Shown: positions 29,714 to 39,113, counted from the first letter of the stretch. The stretch: DNA of 64,000 nt from an uncultured Gemmatimonadales bacterium (GCA_963707875.1 CAVPRU010000001.1:209591-273590); one strand, 5' to 3'. The notes: a model not told the origin generated them from the letters alone. Program-made: numbers and translations.

Positions 29714-30865
29714 TCAGTACCGCTTGATGGCCGAGTCGAGTTGCTCGGCCCAGCCGTCGATCCCTCCCGCCAGGCTCTTGACCTCCCGGAATCCCGCCGC
29801 CAGCAGAATCTCACGGGCTGAGACTGCTCGACTCCCACGGTGGCAGTAGGTGATGACCAGTTTCCGTGGATCGATTTCGGCCAGCCTGTCCCCCAGATGG
29901 GACAGCGGGATGTGGACACTGTCCCCGATCGTGGCGATTTCCCGCTCCCACGCCTCACGAACATCGAGCAGGACGAACTCGTCGTTCCGGGGACCGCTCC
30001 CCAGCCTCCGAGCCAGCTCTGCCGGAACGATCTCGCCCTCGCCAGGCTCCGACACCACCCCGCAGAACTGCTGGTAGTCGATCAACCTGGTCAGCGTTCG
30101 CGCTCCGCAGGCAACGCAGGACGGATCGGGCTGCACCCGGAGCTCCCGGATGGTCAGGCCCAGGCCCTCGAACAGGAGCAACCTCCCGACCAGCGGCTGG
30201 CCGATTCCGGTGATCCACTTGATGGCTTCCAGCGCCTGCAGGGAACCGATGATCCCTGGCACCACCCCCAGCACCCCGGACTCGGCGCAGGTCGGTATCA
30301 GGTCCGCGGCCGGAGGTTCGGCATAGAGGCACCGATAACAGGGCCCGCCCGGTGCGGCAAACACGCTCACCTGGCCGTCGAACCGGAAGATGCTCCCGTA
30401 GATGTATGGCTTCCCGGTGAGGACACAGGCGTCGTTCACCAGATAGCGAGTCGGAAAATTGTCGCTCCCGTCAAGCACCAGGTCGTAGCGGGAAACCAGC
30501 TCGAGGGCGTTGGCCGAACTGAGGGCGACTTCGATCCGTTCGATCCGGACTTCCGGGTTCAGGTCCCGGAGCCGGCGCTCGGCCGATCTGGTCTTGAGCT
30601 CCCCGATATTGGAGGTGCCATGGAGGACCTGGCGCTGCAGGTTGCTCCGATCCACCCGGTCTGGATCGATGATGCCGATGGTCCCGACGCCGGCCGCTGC
30701 GAGGTACAGCGCCGCCGGACTCCCGAGCCCTCCCGCCCCGACCAGCAGCAGGCGGCTCGTCCGCAGCTTCAACTGGCCGGCGACACCCACCTGGGGCAGG
30801 GTGAGGTGCCGGGCGTACCGCAGCAGCTCGCTGGTGGAAAGACCGGTGGCAGAGGGCTGAGTCAT
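29714..30865 (-). CDS. MoeB/ThiF-family adenylyltransferase with C-terminal rhodanese domain (MoeZ-type)
   Basis: 383 aa with LRYARHLTLPQVG, nucleotide loop GAGGLGSP, Cys pairs CYRC/CVAC and a rhodanese active site YCHRGSR. Confidence 0.88.
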   Translation of the reverse strand: MTQPSATGLSTSELLRYARHLTLPQVGVAGQLKLRTSRLLLVGAGGLGSPAALYLAAAGVGTIGIIDPDRVDRSNLQRQVLHGTSNIGELKTRSAERRLRDLNPEVRIERIEVALSSANALELVSRYDLVLDGSDNFPTRYLVNDACVLTGKPYIYGSIFRFDGQVSVFAAPGGPCYRCLYAEPPAADLIPTCAESGVLGVVPGIIGSLQALEAIKWITGIGQPLVGRLLLFEGLGLTIRELRVQPDPSCVACGARTLTRLIDYQQFCGVVSEPGEGEIVPAELARRLGSGPRNDEFVLLDVREAWEREIATIGDSVHIPLSHLGDRLAEIDPRKLVITYCHRGSRAVSAREILLAAGFREVKSLAGGIDGWAEQLDSAIKRY

Positions 30866-30870
30866 GGGGG

Positions 30871-30898
30871 AAAGAGAACACCCGGCGGGAGCCGGGTG
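30871..30898 (-). terminator. rho-independent terminator after rrf2, directly abutting the moeZ start
   Basis: The minus strand reads CACCCGGC-tccc-GCCGGGTG followed by TTCTCTTT. The perfect 8-bp stem is at 30879-30886/30891-30898 and the T-rich tract at 30878-30871. The moeZ ATG is only 5 nt beyond it. Confidence 0.55.
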
Positions 30899-30923
30899 CC
30901 AATCTCCACTGCCGGGCCCCCGG

Positions 30924-31382
30924 TCAGCTGGCCGGGCTGAGGTCCACCAGCCCGGCCACCGTCGACTCGTTGGTCAGCAGGTCAGCTACGGTGACCTGAC
31001 CCAGCAAGCCATCGATCCGATTCTTGAGCGCGCGCCAGACGGGACGGATGGTGCAGCTGTTCCCGGGTGCACACCGTTCGTCCCCTACCGGATGGACATC
31101 GCAGTTGACCTCGAACGTCTGGTGTTCCGCCGCGGACATCACATCCAGCACGGTGATGGTTCCGGGATCCCGAGCCAGACGGTAACCGCCCCGGGCCCCC
31201 CGCACGCTGGTCACCAGGTCACCGCGCCGGAGCCGGAGCAGAATCTGTTCGACGTAGTCGGCGGGGAGCCCCTCCTGCTCGGCCAGCTCCCGGGCCGCGA
31301 TCGGGCCGCCACCGGTCCCATCTCGACGGGCGAGATGCATGGTCAGAATGAGGCTGTATTCGGTCCAGGTGGTAATCCGCAT
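30924..31382 (-). CDS. Rrf2-family transcriptional regulator (three-Cys, probable Fe-S type)
   Basis: Start at ATG 31382 (MRITTWTEYSLILTMHLAR). It has a wHTH and a Cys cluster, NCDVHPVGDERCAPGNSC. Confidence 0.85.
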   Translation of the reverse strand: MRITTWTEYSLILTMHLARRDGTGGGPIAARELAEQEGLPADYVEQILLRLRRGDLVTSVRGARGGYRLARDPGTITVLDVMSAAEHQTFEVNCDVHPVGDERCAPGNSCTIRPVWRALKNRIDGLLGQVTVADLLTNESTVAGLVDLSPAS

Positions 31383-31386
31383 GGTT

Positions 31387-32805
31387 TCACCCTCCCGCGG
31401 GCAGCGGCTTGCCGCCCGGAACACCGAGTTCGGTCATGGCCCGAAGATCCAGAAGGTCCTCGAGCTCCGCGCCTTCCAGAATCTTCCGCTCCGTCACCAG
31501 CTGCTTGACCGTGAGGCCCGTGGCGATGGCCTCCTTGGCGATCCGGGCCGCTTCGGCGTATCCGAGCTTCGGGGCCAGCGCGGTAACCAGCGCCGGACTC
31601 CGCTCCAGCCAGTAGGTACACTGGGCCTCATCGGCCTTGATCCCCCTGATGCACGCCAGGTCAAACTGGCGGGAGGCGTTCGTCAGGATGATCATCATGA
31701 AGGCGACGTTGTGAGTGATAACCGGCATCATCACGTTGAGCTCCAACTGGCCTGCCTCAGACCCCATCGCCACTGTCGTGTCGCACCCCAACGCCTGGTA
31801 GCAGACCTGGTTCACCATTTCGGCCACCGACGGATTGACCTTTCCCGGCATGATGCTGGACCCAGGCTGGACCGCGGGCAGCAGTATTTCCGCCAGCCCG
31901 GTCCGGGGACCGGAGGCCAGCAGCCGGATGTCATTGGCCAGCTTGTTGAGATCGAGGGTGTACGCCCTGAGCGCCCCGCTGAACGTGGCGATGTCGCCCA
32001 TCGACTGCATCAGCTGGATCCGGTCCTGGGCCACCTTGAGGTCGAGACCGGTGATGGCGCGCAACTGTTCGACCATCAGGGTGGGATAGTCAGGCTCCGC
32101 GTTCAGGCCGGTGCCCACTGCCGTCCCGCCGATATTCATCACCCGAAGCCATTCGCCCGCCTCGGCCAACTTGGCACGGTGTCGGGCCACCGTATGTCCG
32201 TAGGCGGTGAACTCCTGGCCGAGCCGGATCGGGGTCGCGTCCTGCAAGTGGGTCCGGCCGGACTTGAGCACGTGGTCGAACTCGCGCCCCTTGGCGAGGA
32301 GCGCTTCCGCCAGGTCGTGCAGCGCGGTCAGCATCGCGGGCAGCAGCGCCAGCACACAGAGCCGCATGGCGGTGGGGATCACGTCGTTGGTGCTCTGCGC
32401 CATGTTGACGTGGTCGTTGGGGTGCACCGGCGCATAGCCACCACGGGCCTGGCCGAGCAGTTCGTTGGCCCGGTTCGCCAGCACCTCATTGCAATTCATG
32501 TTGTGGCTGGTCCCGGCGCCCGCCTGATAGACATCGACCACGAACTGGTCCCGATGCTGCCCGGCCAGGACCTCGTCGGCCGCGGTGACGATCGCGTCGG
32601 CCAGCTCGGGGGCGAGCCGCCCGGTCTGCCGGTGCACCAGTGCGGCGGAGCGCTTGATCCAGACCACCGCGTCCACGAAGATCGGCAGCGGACGGAGTCC
32701 GGAGATGGGGAAGTTCTCGAGCGCGCGAAGGGTCTGGATCCCGTACAGGGCGTCCGACGGAACGGGCTTCTCGCCGAGGGGGTCTTTTTCAATCCGTGTC
32801 GTCAT
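31387..32805 (-). CDS. aspA: aspartate ammonia-lyase (class II fumarase/aspartase family)
   Basis: 472 aa. The opening EKDPLGEKPVPSDALYGIQTLRALENFPISG is aspartase-like, and the signature GSSIMPGKVNP is present. Confidence 0.85.
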   Translation of the reverse strand: MTTRIEKDPLGEKPVPSDALYGIQTLRALENFPISGLRPLPIFVDAVVWIKRSAALVHRQTGRLAPELADAIVTAADEVLAGQHRDQFVVDVYQAGAGTSHNMNCNEVLANRANELLGQARGGYAPVHPNDHVNMAQSTNDVIPTAMRLCVLALLPAMLTALHDLAEALLAKGREFDHVLKSGRTHLQDATPIRLGQEFTAYGHTVARHRAKLAEAGEWLRVMNIGGTAVGTGLNAEPDYPTLMVEQLRAITGLDLKVAQDRIQLMQSMGDIATFSGALRAYTLDLNKLANDIRLLASGPRTGLAEILLPAVQPGSSIMPGKVNPSVAEMVNQVCYQALGCDTTVAMGSEAGQLELNVMMPVITHNVAFMMIILTNASRQFDLACIRGIKADEAQCTYWLERSPALVTALAPKLGYAEAARIAKEAIATGLTVKQLVTERKILEGAELEDLLDLRAMTELGVPGGKPLPAGG

Positions 32806-32879
32806 GAGTCCCGATCGCGCAGGGTGACCACGGAATTGTATCCAGATGCCCCGTCAAAGGCGAGCGTCCCGCGGGGGAA

Positions 32880-33524
32880 TCACCCGATGGCGGCACCCGT
32901 GAGAAACGGATTGGAGGCCCGCTCCACCCCGATGGTGGTCTCCGGACCGTGACCTGAGAGGACCCGCGTGGCGTCGGGCAGGGTAAGCAACTCCCGGCGG
33001 ATGCTGGCGATGAGGGTGGAATGGTCCCCCCCCGGGAGATCGGTTCGCCCGATCGATCCGGCGAAGAGGACGTCGCCGGCAATCACGACCCCCTCCCCCA
33101 CCAGGCTGACGCTTCCCGGGGAATGGCCCGGGGTGAAGAGGACCTTAAACTCGTGACGGCCCACGCGGACCGTCTCCCCTTCGCGGAACGCCTCGTCCGG
33201 CGGCGGCAGCGGGGCAACCCGGAGACCGAACCAGAGCCCCTGCTGGGGGACGCCATCGTAGACGGGTCGTTCCGCCGGGTGGAGCCAGACCGGCGCCCCG
33301 GTCGCCTTCCGAACCTCGGGGAGCCCGAGGATATGATCGAGGTGGGCGTGGGTGAGCCAGATCGCCGTGGTCCGCCAGCCCCGCCGGTCGAGTTCGGCCA
33401 GAATCCGCTCCCAATCCTCGCCTGGATCCACCACCACCGCTTCGCCCAGATCAGGATCGGCGAGCAGATAGCAGTTCTGGAGGAACTGCCCATTGGGGAT
33501 GGTCACGATCTCCAGTTCAGACAC
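32880..33524 (-). CDS. MBL-fold metallo-hydrolase (glyoxalase II-like)
   Basis: 214 aa with THAHLDH, TPGHSPGS and GDVLFAGSIGRTDLPGG. Confidence 0.85.
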   Translation of the reverse strand: MSELEIVTIPNGQFLQNCYLLADPDLGEAVVVDPGEDWERILAELDRRGWRTTAIWLTHAHLDHILGLPEVRKATGAPVWLHPAERPVYDGVPQQGLWFGLRVAPLPPPDEAFREGETVRVGRHEFKVLFTPGHSPGSVSLVGEGVVIAGDVLFAGSIGRTDLPGGDHSTLIASIRRELLTLPDATRVLSGHGPETTIGVERASNPFLTGAAIG

Positions 33525-34473
33525 GGGCGGCCGATTTGCGTTCGGTGAGGTACTTCTCCACCGCGATGGCCGCCGTCGTGGCGTCGCCGACGGCGGTGGT
33601 GACCTGGCGGGTGAGCTGGACCCGAAGGTCTCCCGCGGCGAAGAGTCCGGGAATGGAGGTCATCATCCGGTCATCGGTCACCACGTATCCGGACGGGTCG
33701 TGGTCGAAGTGGCCCTTGATCAGGTCGCTGTTCGGCCGGAACCCGATGAAGACGAAGACGCCGGTGACCGCGAGGGTTGCCCGGGTGCCGTCCACGGTGC
33801 TCTCGAGGGAGATCGTCTTGACCCCCGAGGGCTCGCCCCGGATTTCGGTGACGACCTGGTTCCAGATCACCTCGATCTTGGGGTTCGCGAAGAGCCGCTC
33901 CTGGAGCAGCTTGGAGGCCCGGAAGGCGTCCCGCCGATGGATCACATAGACCTTGGCGGCGTACCGGGTCAGATACTCGGCTTCCTCCACCGCCGCGTCC
34001 CCGCCCCCGATGACCGCGATGGTCTCACCCTTGAAGAAGGCGCCATCGCACACCGCGCAATAGGAGACTCCCCGGCCCGCGTACTCGACCTCTCCGGGTA
34101 CCCCAAGCTTGGTCGGGGTCCCACCCGCCGTCAGAATCACGGTTGGCGCCCGGAAGATCGAGCCCGAGCTGGTCGAGACCTGGAAGATACCATCCGGCTC
34201 CCGACTGATCCCCTCGACGTTTTCCTGGAGAATCTCGGCCCCGAAGGCCTTGGCATGTTCGGCCATCCGGTCGGCCAGTTCCGGGCCGAGAATGCTCAGG
34301 AACCCTGGGTAGTCCTCGATCTTCTCGGTGTTGAGGAGCTCTCCCCCGGGCACGCCCCGTTCCAGCACCACGGCCTTGAGCATGCCGCGGCCGGCGTACA
34401 TGGCGGCGCAGAGTCCGGCCGGCCCGGCCCCGACGATGATCACATCCAGTTCACGCACTTCAGTTCCTGTCAT
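33517..34473 (-). CDS. trxB: thioredoxin-disulfide reductase
   Basis: 318 aa with VIIVGAGPAG, redox-active CAVCDG and NADPH site GGGDAAVEEA. Confidence 0.94.
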   Translation of the reverse strand: MTGTEVRELDVIIVGAGPAGLCAAMYAGRGMLKAVVLERGVPGGELLNTEKIEDYPGFLSILGPELADRMAEHAKAFGAEILQENVEGISREPDGIFQVSTSSGSIFRAPTVILTAGGTPTKLGVPGEVEYAGRGVSYCAVCDGAFFKGETIAVIGGGDAAVEEAEYLTRYAAKVYVIHRRDAFRASKLLQERLFANPKIEVIWNQVVTEIRGEPSGVKTISLESTVDGTRATLAVTGVFVFIGFRPNSDLIKGHFDHDPSGYVVTDDRMMTSIPGLFAAGDLRVQLTRQVTTAVGDATTAAIAVEKYLTERKSAARV

Positions 34474-34546
34474 CGGTTCCCTTCCTGAGCCAGCGTGCTT
34501 CCCCTCCGGTCCGACGATGATAACGACCGGGTCCGAACTCGAGTTC

Positions 34547-35377
34547 CTACTTCACCCCCGCGGCCTGATCCAGGGCCTGCAACCATTCGATCGGGATCAC
34601 CTGGGTTCCCAACGCGGAGTTGGGGTTCCCTGCCCCATCGCCATGCCAGTCACTCCCGCCGGTGAGCAGCAGCCCCAGGGCCCGGGCCTGGCCGGCAATG
34701 CCGGCGGTCGTCTCGGGGGAGTGGCTCGGGTGCCGGACCTCGACTGCGTCGAGTCCATCCTGCTGGAGCAGGGCCAGGGTTGATCGATTGGCGCGTTCCC
34801 GCAGGTGCGCCACCGAAATCAGCCCGCCGGTGGCATGCACCAGGTCAGCCACCTCCCGGAGGGTCGGGAGCACCTTCTCGACGTAGGCGCGGCGGCCCTG
34901 GCCAAGAAAATCGTCGAATGCGGTCGCGACATCGGGAACTTTGCCCAGCCGGACCAGTGCCCGCGCCACATGCGGGCGCCCGACTGCGGCCGACCCGGCC
35001 TCAGCCATCACATGATCGGTTTCGATGTCGACCCCCCAGGCCTTGAGGGCGGCCACGATCCGTTCCGCCCGGGAGATCCGAAGCCGCCGGGCCTCGAGGA
35101 GGAAGGCGTCCATGCCGGGATCATCGACCGGAAGGAAGTACCCCAGCACATGGATCTCGCCCCACGGGGCCTGGACTGAGAACTCGCAACCGCTCACCAC
35201 CCGCAGTCCCAGCCGGTCCCCCTCCGCGATGGCTTCCGGCACCCCGGCCACGGTATCGTGATCCGTCAGCGCGATCGCCGCGAGACCGGCCGCGTGGGCC
35301 CGGCGGACAACCTCCGCCGGCGCCAGCACCCCGTCGGAGGCCGTCGAATGGAGGTGGAGGTCGGCGACCGGGTTCAG
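34547..35377 (-). CDS. PHP-domain phosphoesterase; start probably CTG 35377
   Basis: The track ORF starts at GTG 35329, but the same frame is open upstream and encodes ...NPVADLHLHSTASDG, the essential first PHP His motif. No ATG, GTG or TTG lies between the upstream in-frame stop and that motif. CTG 35377..35375 overlaps the upstream TGA as CTGA. Confidence 0.7.
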   Translation of the reverse strand: MNPVADLHLHSTASDGVLAPAEVVRRAHAAGLAAIALTDHDTVAGVPEAIAEGDRLGLRVVSGCEFSVQAPWGEIHVLGYFLPVDDPGMDAFLLEARRLRISRAERIVAALKAWGVDIETDHVMAEAGSAAVGRPHVARALVRLGKVPDVATAFDDFLGQGRRAYVEKVLPTLREVADLVHATGGLISVAHLRERANRSTLALLQQDGLDAVEVRHPSHSPETTAGIAGQARALGLLLTGGSDWHGDGAGNPNSALGTQVIPIEWLQALDQAAGVK

Positions 35378-35634
35378 CGCCGGTACCCCAGTTCCGGGGA
35401 GGTCCAGGAGGGCTGGGACCGCCGGAACAACTCAATCAGCCGTGGATCGGTCAGGCCGGCCAGGGAGCGCTCCGGGCTCTTGACCGCCTCGGGGGAATAC
35501 CGGCTGATCCGCTGGCGGCCGTCGTCGAGCGAGGTGAAGACGACACCGAATTCATCGCGCTGGTACTGCGTGGGTCGCCCGCTCGCCGCCACGCTCCACC
35601 GGTGACCGTCCACCGTCAGGATCCGGCCGGCCAT
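35374..35634 (-). CDS. small hypothetical protein (86 aa)
   Basis: Start at ATG 35634: MAGRILTVDGHRWSVAASGRPTQYQRDEFGVVFTSLDDGRQRISRYSP...; the longer track ORF overlaps the E2 gene. It is tightly coupled to the PHP gene. I recognise no family. Confidence 0.5.
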   Translation of the reverse strand: MAGRILTVDGHRWSVAASGRPTQYQRDEFGVVFTSLDDGRQRISRYSPEAVKSPERSLAGLTDPRLIELFRRSQPSWTSPELGYRR

Positions 35635-35662
35635 TACGCTTCCTCCCATTCGATGCACGCCA

Positions 35663-37057
35663 TCAGTTCGCGCTCTCCGGGAACTCCTGGAGCATGGCGC
35701 GGACGTCGGCCAGGAACCGATCCGCGTCGGCCCCGTCCACGATCCGGTGGTCGAACGACAGCGCGAGCATGCCCCTGGTCCGGATCGCCAGGGCGTCGCT
35801 GCCATCCGGACCCACCACTACCGCCGGCCGCTTCTCGATCGCGCCCACGGCCAGAATGGCGGACTGCGGCTGGTTGAGGATCGGGAGCCCGACATGGGTC
35901 CCGAACACGCCCGGGTTGGTGATGGTGAAGGTGCCCCGCTGGACCTCGTCGGGACTCAGTTTCTTGCTCCGGGCCCGCTCGGCGAGATCATTGATCGCCC
36001 GGGTGATCCCCAGGAGTGCCAGCTCATCGGCGTGCCGGATGACCGGCACGATGAGGCCCCACTCCAGGGCCACTGCGATCCCCAGGTTGATGTCCCGGCG
36101 GATGATGGTGCTCTCCCCCATGACCGCCGCATTGAGCGTCGGATGCCGTCGGAGGGTGTCCGCCACCGCCTTCGCGATGAAGGCCAGGAAGGTCAGCTTG
36201 ACCCCGCGCTCCAGGTATTCGGCCTTCATCCGGGCGCGGAGTTGTGCCACCCTGGAATAGTCGACCTCGATCATGCTGTGGACGTGGGCCGACACCCGCC
36301 GGGACAGGACCATGTGGTCGGCGGTGAGTTTCCGGATCCGGGACCAGGGCTCCACCCGATCCCCTTCCCACGGCTCGACCGACGGTCCGTGGACCGGGGA
36401 AGCGGCCGGGGCGGCGATCGGAGCGGACCCCGGGCGCGGCGTCGAGGCGGGCGCCACCGGAGGCTGCTCGAGATAGTTCAGGACATCCTGTTTGGTGACC
36501 CGGCCCGCGAGGCCAGATCCAGGAATGACGGTCAGATCAAGTTGGTGCTCGGCCGCCATCTTTCGAACCAGTGGGGTGGACCGAAGGCGGAGCCGTTCCT
36601 CCAGGGTCTCCGACCCGCCCGGAGCCGGCACCGCTGCCGGGCTCGGCCCGGGCGGGACCGGCGGAGCGACCGCCACCGGAGCCGTCCTCGGGGCTGGTCG
36701 CGGTGGAACCACCGGGGCGACGGCCGCCGGGACGGTCGGGGCCGCGGGGGGGGGCGGCCGCGGGGGAGCCACCGGAGTCTGAACGGCCGGAGCATCGGCG
36801 GTCACGGCAGCCGAGGTTTCGGTCTCGATCCGGGCGACAACGGTCTGAACCGCGACCGTCTCTCCCTCCTTGACCAGGATCTCCGCCAGCACACCCCCGT
36901 TGGGTGCGGGGATCTCGGCATCCACCTTGTCGGTGGAGATCTCGAAGATCGGCTCGTCCCGTTTGACCGGGTCGCCGACCTGCTTGAGCCATTTCGACAG
37001 GGTGCCTTCCGCAATCGACTCGCCCATCTGGGGCATCACCACATCAATCCGTGCCAT
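35663..37057 (-). CDS. 2-oxoacid dehydrogenase E2 (dihydrolipoamide acyltransferase)
   Basis: 464 aa with a lipoyl domain (EISTDKVDAEIPAP), a Pro/Ala linker, a subunit-binding domain and a catalytic domain containing DHRIVDGA. Confidence 0.93.
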   Translation of the reverse strand: MARIDVVMPQMGESIAEGTLSKWLKQVGDPVKRDEPIFEISTDKVDAEIPAPNGGVLAEILVKEGETVAVQTVVARIETETSAAVTADAPAVQTPVAPPRPPPPAAPTVPAAVAPVVPPRPAPRTAPVAVAPPVPPGPSPAAVPAPGGSETLEERLRLRSTPLVRKMAAEHQLDLTVIPGSGLAGRVTKQDVLNYLEQPPVAPASTPRPGSAPIAAPAASPVHGPSVEPWEGDRVEPWSRIRKLTADHMVLSRRVSAHVHSMIEVDYSRVAQLRARMKAEYLERGVKLTFLAFIAKAVADTLRRHPTLNAAVMGESTIIRRDINLGIAVALEWGLIVPVIRHADELALLGITRAINDLAERARSKKLSPDEVQRGTFTITNPGVFGTHVGLPILNQPQSAILAVGAIEKRPAVVVGPDGSDALAIRTRGMLALSFDHRIVDGADADRFLADVRAMLQEFPESAN

Positions 37058-37077
37058 CCGTCTCCATCTCCATCGTG

Positions 37078-38061
37078 TCAGTAAGCCGCCAGCCAGCGCG
37101 AGGCCCGGACCAGGTCCCCGGTCTGCGGCAGCACGAAGTCTTCCAGGGTCGGGGCGAAGGGCAGCGGCACATCATGCGCGCACACCCGCCGCACCGGGGC
37201 ATCCAGCCACTCAAAGGCCAGCTCATTGATCCTGGCCACGATCTCCGCGCCCACCCCGCCGGTCCGGGTGTCCTCATGTGCGACCAGTACCCGGTTGGTC
37301 TTGCGGACGCTGGCCATGATTGCCGCGTCATCCATCGGGACCAGGGTCCGCAGATCGATGACCTCGACCGACAGCCCGTCCTCCCGCTCCAGTTGCTCCG
37401 CCGCCTCCAGCGCCTTCCAGACCATCGCCGAGTAGGTGATGATGGTCAACTGGGTTCCCGCCCGAGCCACTCGCGCCTGGCCGATCGGCGTCAGCAAGTC
37501 CTCCCCCTCGGGGAGCTCCTCCTTGATCCTGCGATAAAGGTACTTGTGCTCCAGGAATAACACCGGATCATCGTCCCGGACGGCACTCTTGATGAGACCC
37601 TTCGCATCCCGGGCCGTGGCGGGGGCCACGATCTTGAGGCCCGGGGTGTGGAGGTACGCCGCTTCGGCATTCTGGCTGTGAAATGGCCCGCCCCGCACCC
37701 CCCCACCCGAGGGGCCCCGGACCACCATCGGGGTGGGCAGTCCCCCGGCCCGATAGCGCGCCGTGGCCACGTAGTTGGTCAGGATCGAATAGGCGTTGGA
37801 CATGAAATCGATGAATTGCATCTCACAGACCGGCCGCCAGCCCATGTGGGCGGCGCCGGCGGCCACTCCGACGATGGCAATCTCGGAAATCGGAGTATCG
37901 ATCACCCGGTCCCGGCCGTAGCGAGCCATCAGCCCCTCGGTCACCTTGAAGGCCCCGCCGTAGCCGCCGATGTCCTCCCCGAGCAGGAGCACCCGCTCAT
38001 CCCGGGCCAGCTCCTCATCGAGCCCTTGGCGAATGGCCTCGAGGTAGGTGAGTTCAGCCAT
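37078..38061 (-). CDS. 2-oxoacid dehydrogenase E1 beta subunit
   Basis: Start at ATG 38061 (MAELTYLEAIRQGLDEEL). It has a transketolase-like pyrimidine-binding domain and C-terminal domain. There is an 8-nt overlap with E1 alpha. Confidence 0.92.
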   Translation of the reverse strand: MAELTYLEAIRQGLDEELARDERVLLLGEDIGGYGGAFKVTEGLMARYGRDRVIDTPISEIAIVGVAAGAAHMGWRPVCEMQFIDFMSNAYSILTNYVATARYRAGGLPTPMVVRGPSGGGVRGGPFHSQNAEAAYLHTPGLKIVAPATARDAKGLIKSAVRDDDPVLFLEHKYLYRRIKEELPEGEDLLTPIGQARVARAGTQLTIITYSAMVWKALEAAEQLEREDGLSVEVIDLRTLVPMDDAAIMASVRKTNRVLVAHEDTRTGGVGAEIVARINELAFEWLDAPVRRVCAHDVPLPFAPTLEDFVLPQTGDLVRASRWLAAY

Positions 38062-39082
38062 CGAGCCTCCGATACCACTCGGACTCGGCCCGGGGCGGGT
38101 CGAGATAGACCCCATCGAGGGCCGTCCCGGCCTCCGGAAACGGCTCGGTCTCGCAGGTCTCCACCGCCGCGTCGATCTCGGCCAGAATCCGGGCGTCGGT
38201 GGCCGCCAGTTCTTCGGCGGTCGCCCACTGGCAGCTGGTCAACCGCTCGACGAATCGATCGAGCGGATCGTTCTTGACCCAGGCATCGATTTCTTCCAAC
38301 GGCACGTATGACTGATTGTCGTGTTCGGCGTGCCCTTTCCGTCGGTAGGTGATTAGCTCGACGATCGTAGGCCCTCCACCGGACCGGGCTCGATCGACGG
38401 CGCCCCGGGTGGCCTGATAGACCGCCAGCACGTCGTTGCCATCGGCCTGGGTCCCCGGGACGCCGTACCCAGCCGCCTTTTCCACCAGCGCCTTGACCGC
38501 GGTCTGCCGGGCGAAGGGTGTCGAGAATGCGTAGCCGTTGTTCTCCGCCACCACCACCAGCGGCACCTGGTGGACGGCCGCGAAGTTCATCCCCTCGTGG
38601 AACGCCCCGGTGCTCATGCCCCCGTCGCCGATGTACACCAGCCCCACCCGTGGCTGGCGGGACAGCTTGAAGTGGAGCGCAATCCCCCCCATCACCGGGA
38701 CCATGTCACCGAGGTGGGAGATCTGGCCGAGAAACCCGCGCTCGAGATCATTGAAGTGGATGTTGAGTTCCCGGCCGGCCGTCGGGCTCTCTGCCTTGGC
38801 CATGTACTGCCGGAGCACTTCGATCGGCCGGGCCCCCTTGACCAGCATCGACCCCAGATTGCGAATCAAGGGGGAGAGGATGTCCCCCGGCTGGAGGGCA
38901 TAGGCACTGCCCACCGCATCGGCCTCCTGCCCCAGCGAACGGAACAGCCCCCCAATGACCTTGGTCTGGCGGTAGAGGCTCACCAGCCGCTCTTCCAGCG
39001 AGCGGGTCAGCCGCATGAAGTAGTAGAGCCGGAGGAGGTCTTCCCGGCTCAGGCCGGCTGGGATGGGCTGGGTCACGGTCAA
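38054..39082 (-). CDS. 2-oxoacid dehydrogenase E1 alpha subunit (TPP-dependent)
   Basis: 342 aa with TPP motif IGDGGMSTGAFHEGMNFAAVHQVPLVVVAENNGYA. Whether the complex is of PDH or BCKDH type cannot be decided from the sequence. Confidence 0.9.
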   Translation of the reverse strand: MTVTQPIPAGLSREDLLRLYYFMRLTRSLEERLVSLYRQTKVIGGLFRSLGQEADAVGSAYALQPGDILSPLIRNLGSMLVKGARPIEVLRQYMAKAESPTAGRELNIHFNDLERGFLGQISHLGDMVPVMGGIALHFKLSRQPRVGLVYIGDGGMSTGAFHEGMNFAAVHQVPLVVVAENNGYAFSTPFARQTAVKALVEKAAGYGVPGTQADGNDVLAVYQATRGAVDRARSGGGPTIVELITYRRKGHAEHDNQSYVPLEEIDAWVKNDPLDRFVERLTSCQWATAEELAATDARILAEIDAAVETCETEPFPEAGTALDGVYLDPPRAESEWYRRLDG

Positions 39083-39113
39083 TCCGCCAGTCCAGAACGT
39101 CGAGGGGCGGGGC

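Noticed and set aside
32835-32857. A TTGACG ... TACAAT pair upstream of aspA (minus strand), considered as a promoter
   Set aside because: The hexamers are only 11 nt apart, too short for a sigma-70-type promoter.
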